The position numbers and the translations under genes are program-made. Below are positions 9,034 to 21,300 of a stretch of DNA of 60,589 nucleotides, one piece after another. The first letter of the stretch is position 1, and the number at the start of each line of letters is the position of its first letter. Location of the stretch: positions 1 to 60,589 of the IMG/VR virus record IMGVR_UViG_3300014208_000008. One strand, written 5' to 3'. The notes below the pieces were generated by a model, which was not told the DNA's origin, did not search any database, and was given only the letters and a program-made list of their open reading frames with translations. Source of the stretch: a virus. Taxonomy: Duplodnaviria > Caudoviricetes.

Positions 9034-10176
9034 ATGGCTGGATTAATAGCATCAACTAGACCAAGAGATAAATACCAACCATTGCCTACTAATGGCGGCA
9101 TTGTTGATCCAACAAATACAAAAGCATTGCCGCCTATTGCACCTTTACCGACAACTACGCTTGCAACTAATACGCTGTCAACTAAGAACAAGGTAAAAGA
9201 CAAATCAGGTATCATAGGTAACGTAGTAAGCCAGACAGCACCAGTGCCTAAACTTAATACTCCTAAAGTGGGTGTTGGTACTTATGATCCAGCTTTGTTA
9301 GCAGAAGCCAATAAATGGAACATAACACCAGAACAAACAGTACAAGGACAGCTTGCTAACATAGTTAATGAAGATGGTGTTTTAATGCAGCAGGCCAGAA
9401 CATCAGGATTGCAACAAGCTAATGCCAGAGGATTACTTAATTCAGGTATGGCGATTGATTCAGCACAAGGCGCGTTGTATAAGACAGCCGTACCAATAGC
9501 CACAAGTGATGCTGATGTTAATGCGCGTTCAGCCGGCTACAATGCAGATGAAGTTAATAAATTCATGTTGCAGAACCAGCAATCACAGAACCAAGCGGCA
9601 CAGTTTGGAGCAGGAAGTAAACTAACTCAGTCTGAAAGTGCAGCAGAAAGAGCGCTAAGAGAGAAATTACAGACCAGTCAACAAGGATGGCAAAGTGGCG
9701 AGAACACTGCGGATAGGGCATTACAGGTTCAACAAGATTTATTTCAGGCCAATGTACAAGCGTCAATAGCTGACATTAATAATCAAGCAAGCTTCGATAA
9801 ACAAAGCCAGCTAACCTATGGTAATCTAAGCCAGGAATTAATGAGGCAAATGGCAGCTATTAATGCTGATGTTAATATGAATCAGCAATCTAAGGATTAC
9901 GCCATTAACCAACTGATGCAAACCTACAAGGCTAATGTAAGCATGTTAAGTGCGGTAGGTTCTGTACCGGACGTATCACAATTACTGACATTCGAGCAAC
10001 CACAAACCTATACCACACAAAACGTAAAAGATTGGTTGGCGGCTCATCCGTCAGCATCAGATTCGCAAATTGCAGCAGCCATGAATCAATACAATATAAG
10101 TGCAGCACAGATGGCAGCGGCAACAGGATTAACAGAAGCGCAAGTATTAGAGCGCATGAGAGCGGCAGGATATTGA
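9034..10176 (+). CDS. Probable internal virion or ejection protein
   Basis: Gln/Ala-rich with 'NARGLLNS' and a C-terminal small helical module 'WLAAHPSASDSQIAAAM'; RBS GGAG precedes ATG 9034. Confidence 0.55.
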   Translation: MAGLIASTRPRDKYQPLPTNGGIVDPTNTKALPPIAPLPTTTLATNTLSTKNKVKDKSGIIGNVVSQTAPVPKLNTPKVGVGTYDPALLAEANKWNITPEQTVQGQLANIVNEDGVLMQQARTSGLQQANARGLLNSGMAIDSAQGALYKTAVPIATSDADVNARSAGYNADEVNKFMLQNQQSQNQAAQFGAGSKLTQSESAAERALREKLQTSQQGWQSGENTADRALQVQQDLFQANVQASIADINNQASFDKQSQLTYGNLSQELMRQMAAINADVNMNQQSKDYAINQLMQTYKANVSMLSAVGSVPDVSQLLTFEQPQTYTTQNVKDWLAAHPSASDSQIAAAMNQYNISAAQMAAATGLTEAQVLERMRAAGY

Positions 10177-10177
10177 T

Positions 10178-10837
10178 ATGGTAGACTTTAGCAATCCGGC
10201 AACACAAACACGTATTACATCAACAGGCTTGATAGGAACGGCTAACGCAGCAAAGCCAGTATATACGCCACAACCTATTAACATGAGCTTTATCAATACT
10301 GGTGTTGATAAGCCTGCGCCTGATTGGGTGAATCCAGATAAGGAACTGGCAGAACAAAAGCAAATGCAACAGGATTCCATTGACTTGCAGAAGGCACAGT
10401 TTGCTGCAAGCATGGAACAACAGAATAAGGCACTTGAATTAAGTTACTATCAATATGCTTTAGCAATGAAGAACAGTAACAAGAAGAGCGGGAAGAGGGT
10501 ATGTTGTGCGTTCTATGCTAAAGGATTCATGAAAGAAGATATATTTTTAGGTGATCAACGCTATGGCAATAAAGTGTTTTTAGAACATCCAGATTATCAG
10601 GAATGGTATCAAAGCGTTGCGCCTTGGTATCTTGATAGAATGAACGGTAAGGCATGGAAGAATATTCTGTTTACTAAAATACTTTGGCTATTTGTAAATC
10701 CAATGTCGAAAGAAATGTCTTATAGAATAGGGCATACAGACACACATAGTGTTGTTGGTAGCTTTATGCTTAATAGCATATATTGGTATTATTCAACCTT
10801 CTGTAAAGACAATATTCAAATATGCCACAAGAGTTAG
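10178..10837 (+). CDS. Probable internal virion protein with a Cys-initiated C-terminal domain
   Basis: A Gln-rich coil is followed by 'SGKRVCCAFY..GDQRYG..YQEWY'. Confidence 0.5.
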   Translation: MVDFSNPATQTRITSTGLIGTANAAKPVYTPQPINMSFINTGVDKPAPDWVNPDKELAEQKQMQQDSIDLQKAQFAASMEQQNKALELSYYQYALAMKNSNKKSGKRVCCAFYAKGFMKEDIFLGDQRYGNKVFLEHPDYQEWYQSVAPWYLDRMNGKAWKNILFTKILWLFVNPMSKEMSYRIGHTDTHSVVGSFMLNSIYWYYSTFCKDNIQICHKS

Positions 10838-11325
10838 CCATATTCGATTTTACTTCTCTAACGACTGGAACACCTAATTGCTTGGATATTTCCAAGTATA
10901 GCCAGAGAGAAAAGATAGAAGTAATGGAATGGATAATCCTGAATACAATGGATAATATAGCCGATGACTTACCACTCAGGCATTTTATTCATGGTGGCGT
11001 ATATGCAAGGGAAATGATGATACCAAAGGGCGTAGTTTTAACAGGTAAGATACATTTAGTAGACCATATTTTCACGTTAAGCCAGGGTGATTTATCGGTT
11101 ATGACTGATGATGGCATAAAACGAATACAAGCACCTTATACTTTTGAAGTAAGGGCCGGAATAAAGAAGATAGGCTTTGCTCATAGTGATGTTATTTGCA
11201 CTACTTATCATTCAACAAGCTTAACGAACATTGAAGAAATAGAGAAAGAATTGTTTGATGATGGAAACATTGATTGGGTTGATAACATGGTGAACCAATA
11301 TTTATTGAAGCAGGTGGCGGCATGA
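10822..11325 (+). CDS. Cupin-fold protein of the ejection module
   Basis: 'HFIHGGVYAREMMIPKG..LTGKIH..H' and 'TTYH'. Confidence 0.65.
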   Translation: MPQELAIFDFTSLTTGTPNCLDISKYSQREKIEVMEWIILNTMDNIADDLPLRHFIHGGVYAREMMIPKGVVLTGKIHLVDHIFTLSQGDLSVMTDDGIKRIQAPYTFEVRAGIKKIGFAHSDVICTTYHSTSLTNIEEIEKELFDDGNIDWVDNMVNQYLLKQVAA

Positions 11326-12305
11326 CAGCAGCAATATCAGCAGGTGTAGGAGCAGGTGTAGCATTAGCGTCAGGAAGTGCGGCGGCTGTTGCCGCCGTTG
11401 GCGGAACATTAGCAGCAGTAGCTTCCGTTGTAGCAGGAACCTTAGTAGCTGTATCATTAGTAATGACTGTTGTTGGATTAGCTACAGGTGACTCTAAGTT
11501 AATGAAGATAGGCGGTTATGTGGGGTTAGCGGGAGGGGTGGCAGGCTTGGCGGCTGGCGCTGCCGGTGCAGGAGCAAGCGCAGCCTCAGAGGGAGCAATG
11601 TCAGCAGTCCCTGCAGCGAGCGATGCAGCAACAGCATCAGCAGCAGGCGGTTTAGGAAATGCAGCTACTCAAGCTGGTAAGGCAGCCATAACACCAGCAT
11701 TAAGCAATGTAGCTCAATCAGCCATAACACCAGTAGCTCAAGCGGCTACTACAACTGGCAATCAGGCATTAGTGCAAGCTGGCACTCAGGGACTTGGACA
11801 GGCAGGAACTCAAGCCATAGAATCAGCAGTTACGCCAACTATGGAGGCTGGCTTAGGTTCAAATATTGGCACTAATGTAGGAACAAACTTAGCGAAAACA
11901 GGTGTCGAAAATCAAACTGGATTCTTTAGTTTTATGGACTCACCAGGATTCAAAGGCGGCTTGGAGCTTGCTAAACTAGGTGGTTCGGTTATAGGGAATA
12001 TGGCAAATGGAAGCATGAATGAGGACTTCATGAATGAAAAACTTGATTTACAAGGCAAGGAATTAGGTTTGATTGGTGAAAGAAACGCACAAACAGCCGC
12101 ATTTAATAACGCTCAATTAGCTCAAACACAGCAACAGCAAGACTATAATCAAATGGTTGAAGAAAGAAAGTATCAAAATGCCAATACACAAGGCAGAGGA
12201 ATACTTACAACCAGAGTATTGAGCGCAGAAGAACGATTGGCAGCATCCAGGGCTAAAGCGCAACAGGCAGCATCTAACGCACAAATACTTACAGGTGCAG
12301 CATGA
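11322..12305 (+). CDS. DNA ejection protein with hydrophobic N-terminus
   Basis: Ala/Gly-rich with N-terminal hydrophobic helices and a Gln-rich C-terminus. Confidence 0.6.
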   Translation: MTAAISAGVGAGVALASGSAAAVAAVGGTLAAVASVVAGTLVAVSLVMTVVGLATGDSKLMKIGGYVGLAGGVAGLAAGAAGAGASAASEGAMSAVPAASDAATASAAGGLGNAATQAGKAAITPALSNVAQSAITPVAQAATTTGNQALVQAGTQGLGQAGTQAIESAVTPTMEAGLGSNIGTNVGTNLAKTGVENQTGFFSFMDSPGFKGGLELAKLGGSVIGNMANGSMNEDFMNEKLDLQGKELGLIGERNAQTAAFNNAQLAQTQQQQDYNQMVEERKYQNANTQGRGILTTRVLSAEERLAASRAKAQQAASNAQILTGAA

Positions 12306-12850
12306 ATCCATTATTAGAGAACATTCAGAAGAATACGGCAGCCAAAGTTAATGAGCTGCAAAATGACTTACCTGATTTGGTTAATGAATTTAATCGGGTT
12401 GTTGTCGCCGGCCAAAAGCTAATGACGGATAAGAATGTAAATTCTCATTTAGAAATGGTTAAGGACGCTAAAAACCGTAACGATCCAGTGAATATGATAG
12501 CCAAGGACGTATCAAGGCTAATGTGGATTGTTTACATGAAAAGTAACAAGACCATACGCCATCCTGTTTTAGTGTTCGCTGGCACAATACTTATGTGTGA
12601 AGAATTTGACATAATGGAGCGTGGTTATGGTTTGCAGATAACCAATGACTTAGTAGCCAGGACTCTTGAAAAACTTGCGGAAGTAATGATGACATTGCTC
12701 GGTATTACGCCAGAAATACTGGCTAAAAAGATACAGGAAGGTAAACAAGAGATTGATGATTACAAGTCCGGTAAGTTAAAGCCTGAAGATATTAAATCGC
12801 GGATGCAACAGCAAGAAGAGCCATTGCCTCCACCAACAGGAGCACAATAA
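12302..12850 (+). CDS. Hypothetical protein (ejection module)
   Basis: Translationally coupled ORF. Confidence 0.6.
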   Translation: MNPLLENIQKNTAAKVNELQNDLPDLVNEFNRVVVAGQKLMTDKNVNSHLEMVKDAKNRNDPVNMIAKDVSRLMWIVYMKSNKTIRHPVLVFAGTILMCEEFDIMERGYGLQITNDLVARTLEKLAEVMMTLLGITPEILAKKIQEGKQEIDDYKSGKLKPEDIKSRMQQQEEPLPPPTGAQ

Positions 12851-13878
12851 TGGGCGTTATGGGTGGTTTAGCAGGTGCTTCATTAGCGGTGAGCCAATAT
12901 GCTGATGATAAGCTTGGACAAATCAGGGAAGATGAACTGCTACAAATGAAGCAGCAGATTGAGATTGAAAAAGAGAAACGAGTTGAGGAAGCTCGAAAAA
13001 GCGGTGCGGCTTATGATATGCAATCAGAACTAGAGTTTAAAACTAATCCTGGAAACATAAGCAGGACTATAGCAGCACAACGAGCAACAAAGGAAGCTAC
13101 AGACAAATATAATGACGAACGCTTCCCAACTACTCTTAAACAAAAAAGACAGGAAAAAATAGCGACAACAGTAACTAAAGTTGATCCATTGCAATCTTTT
13201 AAGGAAAAAGAACTCGAAGCAAAAACAGCAGAACATTTAAGTAAAGCCGAAAAAGCCAAAGAGGAAACAAAAAATATCGGCAAGGAAAAGCAAGGATTAA
13301 CACCAGAACAAGAAAAGCTTTACGGAAGAAAGGAAGAACGTAGGGCCTATCTGATAGAAGAACTTAATTCACCAGAAAATAAGGGCAATGAATTATTGCT
13401 AAAGGATATTAAACGAGAAATTACAGACATAGATATATGGAAATCTAGGATAGATAAGATATCTATTGGTGAAAGTAAACAAACAAAACAGCCTCCTTGG
13501 ACTTTTGATTCAGGAATGCCAACAGAAGCAGACGATCAGGCATTATCACAATCACTTGAAGAAAGAAGAGCAAAACAATCTGCGAATGATAAAGAAAATA
13601 CGCAGGAAAAAAGCTCATTCGTTGATTCTGCAATGAGAACAGCTAAAGATGCTTTATCGGCACTTGATGTACCACCAGAACAAAAATCGCAACAAGACAA
13701 GGCTAGACGTAACGCAGTAAACAATAAGGTTAAAGGACTTATAACTTCGGTAATAACTGCACTTGATACACCAGAAAAGAAAGAATGGTTTGCTGGATTA
13801 ACGGAAGATCAACAAAAAGCATTTGATGACCTTCCTAGAAGAGAACAAGAGGCAACATTACGCAAGGCCGGGCTTTAA
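12850..13878 (+). CDS. Probable ejection protein (coiled coil)
   Basis: N-terminus 'MGVMGGLAG' followed by a charged coil. Confidence 0.55.
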   Translation: MGVMGGLAGASLAVSQYADDKLGQIREDELLQMKQQIEIEKEKRVEEARKSGAAYDMQSELEFKTNPGNISRTIAAQRATKEATDKYNDERFPTTLKQKRQEKIATTVTKVDPLQSFKEKELEAKTAEHLSKAEKAKEETKNIGKEKQGLTPEQEKLYGRKEERRAYLIEELNSPENKGNELLLKDIKREITDIDIWKSRIDKISIGESKQTKQPPWTFDSGMPTEADDQALSQSLEERRAKQSANDKENTQEKSSFVDSAMRTAKDALSALDVPPEQKSQQDKARRNAVNNKVKGLITSVITALDTPEKKEWFAGLTEDQQKAFDDLPRREQEATLRKAGL

Positions 13879-14192
13879 TCATTACCGAAAATATTGTTAT
13901 CTAATATAGGATTTACTGTACTAGATTTTTGCTTTATTGGAGCATATTCTATAGGTTCATCCTGCATTATTTCATTAAACCGTTCACGTTGCATTTGTTC
14001 TTTTTGTAACTCTAACTGTTGTGCCTGGATATTGGCTTGTTGCTGTAAACTATAGCCAAGAGTTCCAGGCAAGTTATACTGAGGATAGATAATCTGTTCA
14101 GCGCGAACTACAGTAACAACCATTATTGAAAGCAGCAGGATAACAAACATATATCCAAAGAGTAATCCGAATATTCCAAAGAGTGATTTCAT
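13875..14192 (-). CDS. Exported or membrane-anchored hypothetical protein
   Basis: Long hydrophobic N-terminus ending 'VRA'. Confidence 0.6.
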   Translation of the reverse strand: MKSLFGIFGLLFGYMFVILLLSIMVVTVVRAEQIIYPQYNLPGTLGYSLQQQANIQAQQLELQKEQMQRERFNEIMQDEPIEYAPIKQKSSTVNPILDNNIFGND

Positions 14193-14377
14193 AACATTCT
14201 CCCGTTTATTGAAGTTATTTTGAGTTCCATTGTGATTTTTTTACCATCAATGAAGAACTCGGTTTCTAGGACTCGTGAGTTTTGCTCAACCATAAAGTTA
14301 TACAGAATCTTACAAGCATCAGATTCCACATTGTGATCTTGTTCATCGTACATTCCTGCGTGTATTATTTTGCTCAT
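14189..14377 (-). CDS. Hypothetical protein
   Basis: Coupled ORF in the reverse-strand cluster. Confidence 0.5.
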   Translation of the reverse strand: MSKIIHAGMYDEQDHNVESDACKILYNFMVEQNSRVLETEFFIDGKKITMELKITSINGRML

Positions 14378-14391
14378 TACATTTTCTCGTG

Positions 14392-14850
14392 TTATTTAAG
14401 TGCTTGTGAAATTCTTTCAAGTTTGCCGTTTTTTTCTAAGTCTGCCAATATTGTCATGGCACTAGCAGCTCGTTCTAAAAGCAATACATACCGTTCGAGA
14501 TTATTAAAATCAGCAACCTTTTGGCATTTAACCAAACCTTGTGCAAGTTTTTCGGCAGAGTCACGAACATTGGCCGTTGCATTTTTTATGTTTTTAGATA
14601 ACTCATAAGATTTGTCGCCAAAATCCTTTAAAGCAATTTGATAAAGTGCTTTATTCCTATCCAAAACCTCAGCTGCACGCTCATAATCAATGTTCGTATC
14701 CTTAGCCTTGTCGGTAAACATAGTGCTATTCTGCAATATCATTTTTTCCGCAACAGCATCAATAAGCTCATCTTCCTTATAGACAGGTTCTCTATGACCT
14801 TTAACAGGGGCAACGCCTATCAATGTTGTTTTAATATCTAAATCTTTCAT
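14392..14850 (-). CDS. Hypothetical helical protein
   Basis: 152 aa; RBS GAGG. Confidence 0.6.
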   Translation of the reverse strand: MKDLDIKTTLIGVAPVKGHREPVYKEDELIDAVAEKMILQNSTMFTDKAKDTNIDYERAAEVLDRNKALYQIALKDFGDKSYELSKNIKNATANVRDSAEKLAQGLVKCQKVADFNNLERYVLLLERAASAMTILADLEKNGKLERISQALK

Positions 14851-14869
14851 TTCATTTCCTCAATACATT

Positions 14870-15061
14870 TCAGTATTCGATAATATATTTTTTTTCAAAT
14901 TTATTTCCGCAACCATTACATAGATAATAATTAGTGTTACCAATTATTTTTATGTTACGGCTATTACATTTAGGGCATAAATCTAAATCGACAACATTTT
15001 CTTTTAATGTTTTTGCAATAGAACGTAAAAGTGCTAATGTTATTTTTGGCTTGTCAATCAT
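14870..15061 (-). CDS. Small zinc-ribbon protein
   Basis: CPKC..CNGCG motifs. Confidence 0.6.
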   Translation of the reverse strand: MIDKPKITLALLRSIAKTLKENVVDLDLCPKCNSRNIKIIGNTNYYLCNGCGNKFEKKYIIEY

Positions 15062-15225
15062 TTCATTCCTTCAATACATTTCAGTATTTCTTCAAGTTTC
15101 CAAGCTACTCTACGCTTGCTAATACGTACAGGCTTGGGATAAATTCCGCTATCCACACCACGTAAGAATGTAGACCGGCTTACAGGGATCAGTAAAAGCA
15201 CTTGTTGTAAGTTAATTAATTCCAT
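15058..15225 (-). CDS. alpA: AlpA-family (excisionase-like) DNA-binding protein; not in the ORF track
   Basis: Manual translation: MELINLQQVLLLIPVSRSTFLRGVDSGIYPKPVRISKRRVAWKLEEILKCIEGMK. Confidence 0.85.
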   Translation of the reverse strand: MELINLQQVLLLIPVSRSTFLRGVDSGIYPKPVRISKRRVAWKLEEILKCIEGMK

Positions 15226-15231
15226 GTTCAA

Positions 15232-15261
15232 AGTGTATCAGTAAGTTTCTTTAAATGTCAA
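15232..15261 (-). promoter_or_regulatory. Sigma70-type promoter for alpA (probably a leaderless transcript)
   Basis: The minus strand reads TTGACA-18 nt-TACACT with a TG extension. ATG follows 6 nt later and there is no RBS. Confidence 0.6.
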
Positions 15262-15333
15262 ATAAAAAATATTATAGTTGATTTATTACAACAAGAGTAA
15301 AATTAATTAAGCCTTTTAATCCGAGATAAATCA

Positions 15334-18300
15334 ATGGCAATCACACTAAAACAATACAAAGATTCTGATCCGGCATTTGCCAATATTCCTATTGATGAGT
15401 TCTTTAATTACATGCATCAAGAGTATTATTCGCATGTGCCAGAGGAAGAATTTGCCAAGGCTGTTGACTACGTTCCACCTAAGCCAGTTGTGCCAGAGAA
15501 AGAGGATTTTGTCAGGGGATTTAAAGAACCATTCAAGCAGTTACCACAGCAAGGATATGGATTATTAGCCGGGGCAGGCGCAGCAGCAGAAAACACTTTT
15601 GGTGAAGGTGGTTATAGCACAGGGCTTAAAAAGTATGCTGTTGATAAGTATATTGATGAAACCAACAAATTAGCACTGGATTCAAAAGAATCTGATTCGC
15701 TTACATTCTCATTAGACAAAGCAAAGCAAGGCGATTATGGCTCACTGGTTGATTGGGTTCAGCATGGCTTAGGCTATGGCACAGGACAATTAGTGGAACT
15801 GTTAGCCACTAGAGGCATAGGTAGTGCAGCAGCAAGGCTAGGAACGCCATTAGTAGCCAAAGAATTAACAGAAAAGATGGTGGCAAGCCAAGTTGCAAAG
15901 CTGGCCGCAGAAGAAGCAACAAAGAATCTAGGCCAAGCTGAATTAAGGAAGATGGCCGTTGCCAATGTAGGTGCTAGACTTGCGCAAATTGGCGGTAATG
16001 CAGCTATGGTTGGCAGTTCAATAGGCATGGAAGGCAGTGAGATAATGGGCGGCCTCACGCAAAAAGAGCAGGAAACAGGAAAGCCTTTAACTGGAAGCGA
16101 TATAGCGAAAGGCTTTGCGTGGTCTGTAGCATCCGGTTTAACAGATTTTGTAGGAGACAAGTTTGGCCTGGACGTAGTAACAGGGAAGTCACCATTATTC
16201 AAACTTGCAGGACAAGCGACTGGCGTTAAAGGAATGGTTAGCCGTGGTTTGCTTACAGGTGCGATAGCAGCACCAGCAGAAGGAGGCCAAGAATACGTAC
16301 AAACATTAATGGAAGAACAGGGAAAAGGTAATGATCCATTCAGCGCACAATCATTAAGGCAAGCCTTTGATGCTTCGGGCATGGGTGCTATTGCCGGAGG
16401 TGGCGCAGGTATTATAGGCGGTGTTCTATCTAAACCAGTAACTCCTCCTCAAGCAGTTCTCAATTCAGGCTCAGTAGATGAAGCCATATCAAACGCACAG
16501 GCAACAGTAGCGAGTCCGTCTGTAACTGTGCCAATGCCAGTAACCGATATACAGGAAACACAAGATGCCGCAGGAAATAGAAGCAATGCAGAACGCAATA
16601 TTACAGTTACAAGCCCAAGTGGATTGGCTGAAACAAGTAATACTGGAGCTATCGGATATGATGAAATATTCAACCAAGCCGCAGTAAATCACGCGATACC
16701 AGTAGAGATACTGAAAGCCTTTAACATGGTTGAGGCTGGTGGTAGGCTTACAGACAATGGTAAAACAATAAGGCCATTAGATAAAAACGGCAATAAACTG
16801 AGTAATGCTGTAGGGCCAATGCAGATTATAGGCCATTACTTTCCACAGTTTGACGCTGATAAATTAGCTAATGATCCGCAATACAACGTCAATGCAGCCG
16901 CACAGATATTACAAGGCTATTATGCGAATACGCCGGAGAAATTGAGCGATATACAACGATGGAGACTTGTTGCCAGAAAGTATTTTGGCAGCACTGATAT
17001 GGCTAAAAATACGGAATATGCCAACAAGATTATAGCTGCAATCGGTAAAGATTCAGGTTATAAAGACGTCCTTTATCAAGGGCAAACATTAGAGCAACCA
17101 GAGGTAACATTAAGTGAAACAATCACAACCAATGAAGAAACCAATCAAGAAACCGGGCAAGAGGGGCTGTTAAGTAGTCCTGCAAACTTTGATTACCTAT
17201 CTTCTGAAGGCATACCGCTAAAGAAGATAGGTAATGTTTTCAAAGATTACTTAGGTGATGAAGTTATACCGGATGGTTATGAGAAAAAAGCTAATCAAAG
17301 CGAAGTAGCGCAGGCTATTGATGAATTAATAGCGAGGAATAATGAAGAAAAGCAAGCTGAAACGCAAACTCAAGAAGCTGAAATCGGAAGTGATCTATCT
17401 TCAAGCATTACTGGCAGAGGACTCACAGGAACTAATGACGGAGGAATTAGCACAATTCCTGATAGATTACCTGAAAGCGACAAAAGCACCATTGAACCAA
17501 ACGTATCTAATACCATCAGTGGATTGGATGCATTAGCAGATAAGGAAATCAAACAACCTTGGGAAATGAGACATAACGAATGGAATAAGTCGAACATAAG
17601 GGATTTAACCAATGAGGAAGTGTCTAATCTAACAGATGTGTTTAAATCTGGAACCGCTGATTTAAACTATGGGAAACTTGGTAATAAAACCGTTTATCAA
17701 TCAACAGATGAAAGCGGTAATGCTATCGGACAATGGCAAGAATTATCTAAGACGGGTAGAAAATTACTTAGTACAAATGAGCATAAAGAGCAAGTAAAGC
17801 AAGCATTAGCAAACGGGCTCCCAGTTCCAGCAAACGTACTCTCAGACTATCCAGAATTACAGGCACAATACGCGCCTACACCAACAAGTAAGGAATCCTT
17901 ACAAGTTCAATCAAGCAACGGTCAAGCAACGCCGCCAATTCAAGAAATCGTACCATCGGCTGTTACCAAAGACTTAACCAAAATAACCAAAGTTCACGCC
18001 AAAGTTAATTCAAAAGGCCAAAACAAGCTTGTTGATTCTGGTACTGGTTATGAAGTATTCCCTGATAAGGAATTTAAAAACATAACAGCAGAGCGACTAT
18101 ATTTCAAAGCAGAGAAAGCCAAGCAAGTAGCCGCTTATATACCTGAACAAACATCAGTTAAACCATATCATCCAGCCATTCAGTCACTAGCCGATGACTT
18201 AACGATAGGCGGCGGCATTGCCTATATTTTTGATGCCAACGACAATATTAAAGATAGGACATCATCAGTAAACCCATACTGGTACAAGGACGGCGCTTTT

Positions 18301-21300
18301 GTAGTGCTTAATACTAAAGGCAATCCAGACAATATCAGCGTCAAGATGGTCAAAGATGCCGTTACAGCGCATGTCAATAAATCTAAACTGACAGGAAAGC
18401 AGGAACGTATTCTACGCGCACTTTCTGATACCGCAGAAAGTTTGGAAGAGGCCGGAAAGCGGGGTATTCCTGATGATTTTACACATGAACAAAAACTTGT
18501 AGCCATTGAAGTTGAAAAGAAAATAGAAGATGGTGAAATTGATGTTGAGCAACTTGACGGTTTAGCTTATGAATTATTAGGCGATACTGAGGAATTTACC
18601 GGACAGGAAGCCATTAACGCATTAGATGATTATTTTGGAGTAAGTAATGAACGCGAAACAACTACAAAAGGTGCTGGACTTCTTGAAGAAGAAGCACTCA
18701 GCAGCTACACAGAAGATGAGCTACAAAGAAAGGATGCAGAAGATAAGCGCAGAAAGAAAAGCGAACAAGAAGCAGAATTAAAGGCCAAGCAGAAAGCGAG
18801 TGCAGATAGAGAAATAGACACGCTTGCTGATGAAATGCTTGGAAATTTTGACAGTGGCGATGTGTTCGATGTCAGAAAAGAATCTGATCGCCCAATGGGT
18901 GAAACAGTTGGAATGACGCAAGGAAGCGTTATGTCTACATCTACAATAAAAAAAGGCGAAGAAGGAAATAAACTAACCAAAGAACAACGTAAACAAGTCT
19001 TAAAAACATTGGTTGATGTTTACAAGAGCAAAGGTGCTGACAAGGAAACCCGCATTAACTCAAATGGTGATGAATATACAGCATTCCCACATCAACCTGA
19101 ATTATTTGAGAAATCAGATATTACCGGCGCTATGGTTCGATTTTATGTCACTATGCCGGATGGCAAGATAGCGCACCCTACTGAATTATTCCCTGACGTT
19201 ACTCAATCAAAAATAGATGCAATTTTAGCCGAACAAAAACATGATGAAGAAATCGTTAAGAGTGAAGTCAAGCGCATTACAGACAAACAATTCGACTCTG
19301 TACGTGATGCAGGTATTTATTGGGATGAACAAAGTGATAAACAATTAGCGAAAGATGGCGGTAAGATACGCTCTATACCTTGGAGCCTAGAGCGTACCGC
19401 ATACGAAAAGGACGGTAAAATCATCATGCCTTATGATGGATTGCTCACTGGGAATCCTAAAATAGCAGATGAATTAAAGGCGCAAGGCTGGAATAAATAT
19501 AGCCATCAATCCGAACAACCCAAACCAGTAGACAAACAACCCGCCGCTACGGATAAGCAAAAGAGAGACGACACCTTAAAATTTAGCAAGGCAGTACCGG
19601 ATAATACATTAGCTATAGTTCATAATTTATCGCTGGATAATCTAATTCACGCTGACAAAATGGGAGGCATAGCTGCGCCTAGTTTAGCTGTTACTGATAA
19701 AAGCCATCCGTTAGAAGGATTTGGTGAAATAACTTTAATTGGCAATAAAGATACATTGGGGCCACAAGCAAGCGCAAAGAATCGTTATTTTAATGCTGAT
19801 GTTTATTCACCAAGATACCCTAATGTAAAGTATGTTATTAGTGAAAAGGATTTTCGTAATTTCATAGATTCGCTTTCAGATAATGCAAAAAAACTTAACG
19901 CTCAAGTCAATCGATTATCAAAAAGTGATATTGAAGATCGTGGATTAATAAAAGGACTAGAGTACGATCTTGTCATGCAGTATGAGTTTTTGCAGTCGCA
20001 AGGCAAAGCGCCAGCGTTTAAATACAAACCTAAAACAAAATTACCAACTGCTTTTAATAAGTTTATTGCTAAAGCATCTGATTTTTATTTTAGTCGTGAA
20101 GAAGATTTTAGGAAAGCGGCTGTTGAAGAATACAACAAAACACATATCGAATTTAACAAAAAGTTTGGTAATGATGAAATAACAGATATTAACAGTTCAG
20201 AAGCTTATAACATAGCTAGAAATGCCGGAGAATTGGTAAAGAAAGCCTATAAAGAAAAAACAGAAGGCAGTTCAATAGATACTTATGATCTTGATAAAAA
20301 AGTACGCAGCAAAATAAATAATCAAGCATATAAAAAATGGTTATCAGACAACTATTCAAATCTGATAAGTGATGAAAAAATATTCAACGGATATACCTAT
20401 TCTGGAACACGTAAATATTTGCCTCATAATCTCGATACAGTTGTTCGGCTTTTAACAAAAGAATTACGTGGAGGTGAAGGTTTTAACTATGGCGTTCCTT
20501 CTATACGTGCGCATGTTGCAAAGCAATTTAAAACCATTAAATCTATTCAGGATTCTAGGAACGATCTTGTCACTAAAGAACAAATGGAAAAACTCAAGGA
20601 AGAAGTAAACGCAGAGTTTGAATCCATAAGTGAAGAATTAAGCCAATATCGCAATGAAAATGCTGGATATAGTGATCAATCATCCGAAGCACTGGCCGGT
20701 TTAGCATCAAAAGGTTATCGTGAATTCAAAGAATATTACACGGATGTTCCAACAGAAACGATGCAAAAGGTTGTTGAGTTTTTAGATAAACTAAAACACA
20801 TGCCTTCAGAATACTTTGAAGCAAAAATAGGCCGTGCTGTTGGTATCAATGAGTTTGATGGCGCTTTAGTGCCAATAGGAAAAGAATATGATAGTGCTAT
20901 CGCTATTCTTAAAAAACACGGAATTACAGAAATAAAGCGATATAAAGCGAACGATAATGCAAGTAGAAGTGCAGCATTAAAATCGTTCACTGATTTATTA
21001 TTCAGCAAAGCCACAGCACAGCAACCCGGCATAACCATAGCCGAAGCTAAAGCCAAGCTACCCAAGAACGTCAAGCCCATGCTGACTAATGGTAAGCTTA
21101 AAGTGCTGCACAATATTGGTGAAGTGGCGCAGGACGTATTGAATCGTGGTGAGGTTTTATATCATGCTGCATGGCATGGTAGTCCGCACGAACACAATAA
21201 GTTTGATTCCAGCAAGATAGGCACAGGCGAAGGAGCGCAAGCGTTTGGTTATGGGCATTACTTCACGGATGCTAAGAGTATTGCTGAGTATTATAGGGAT

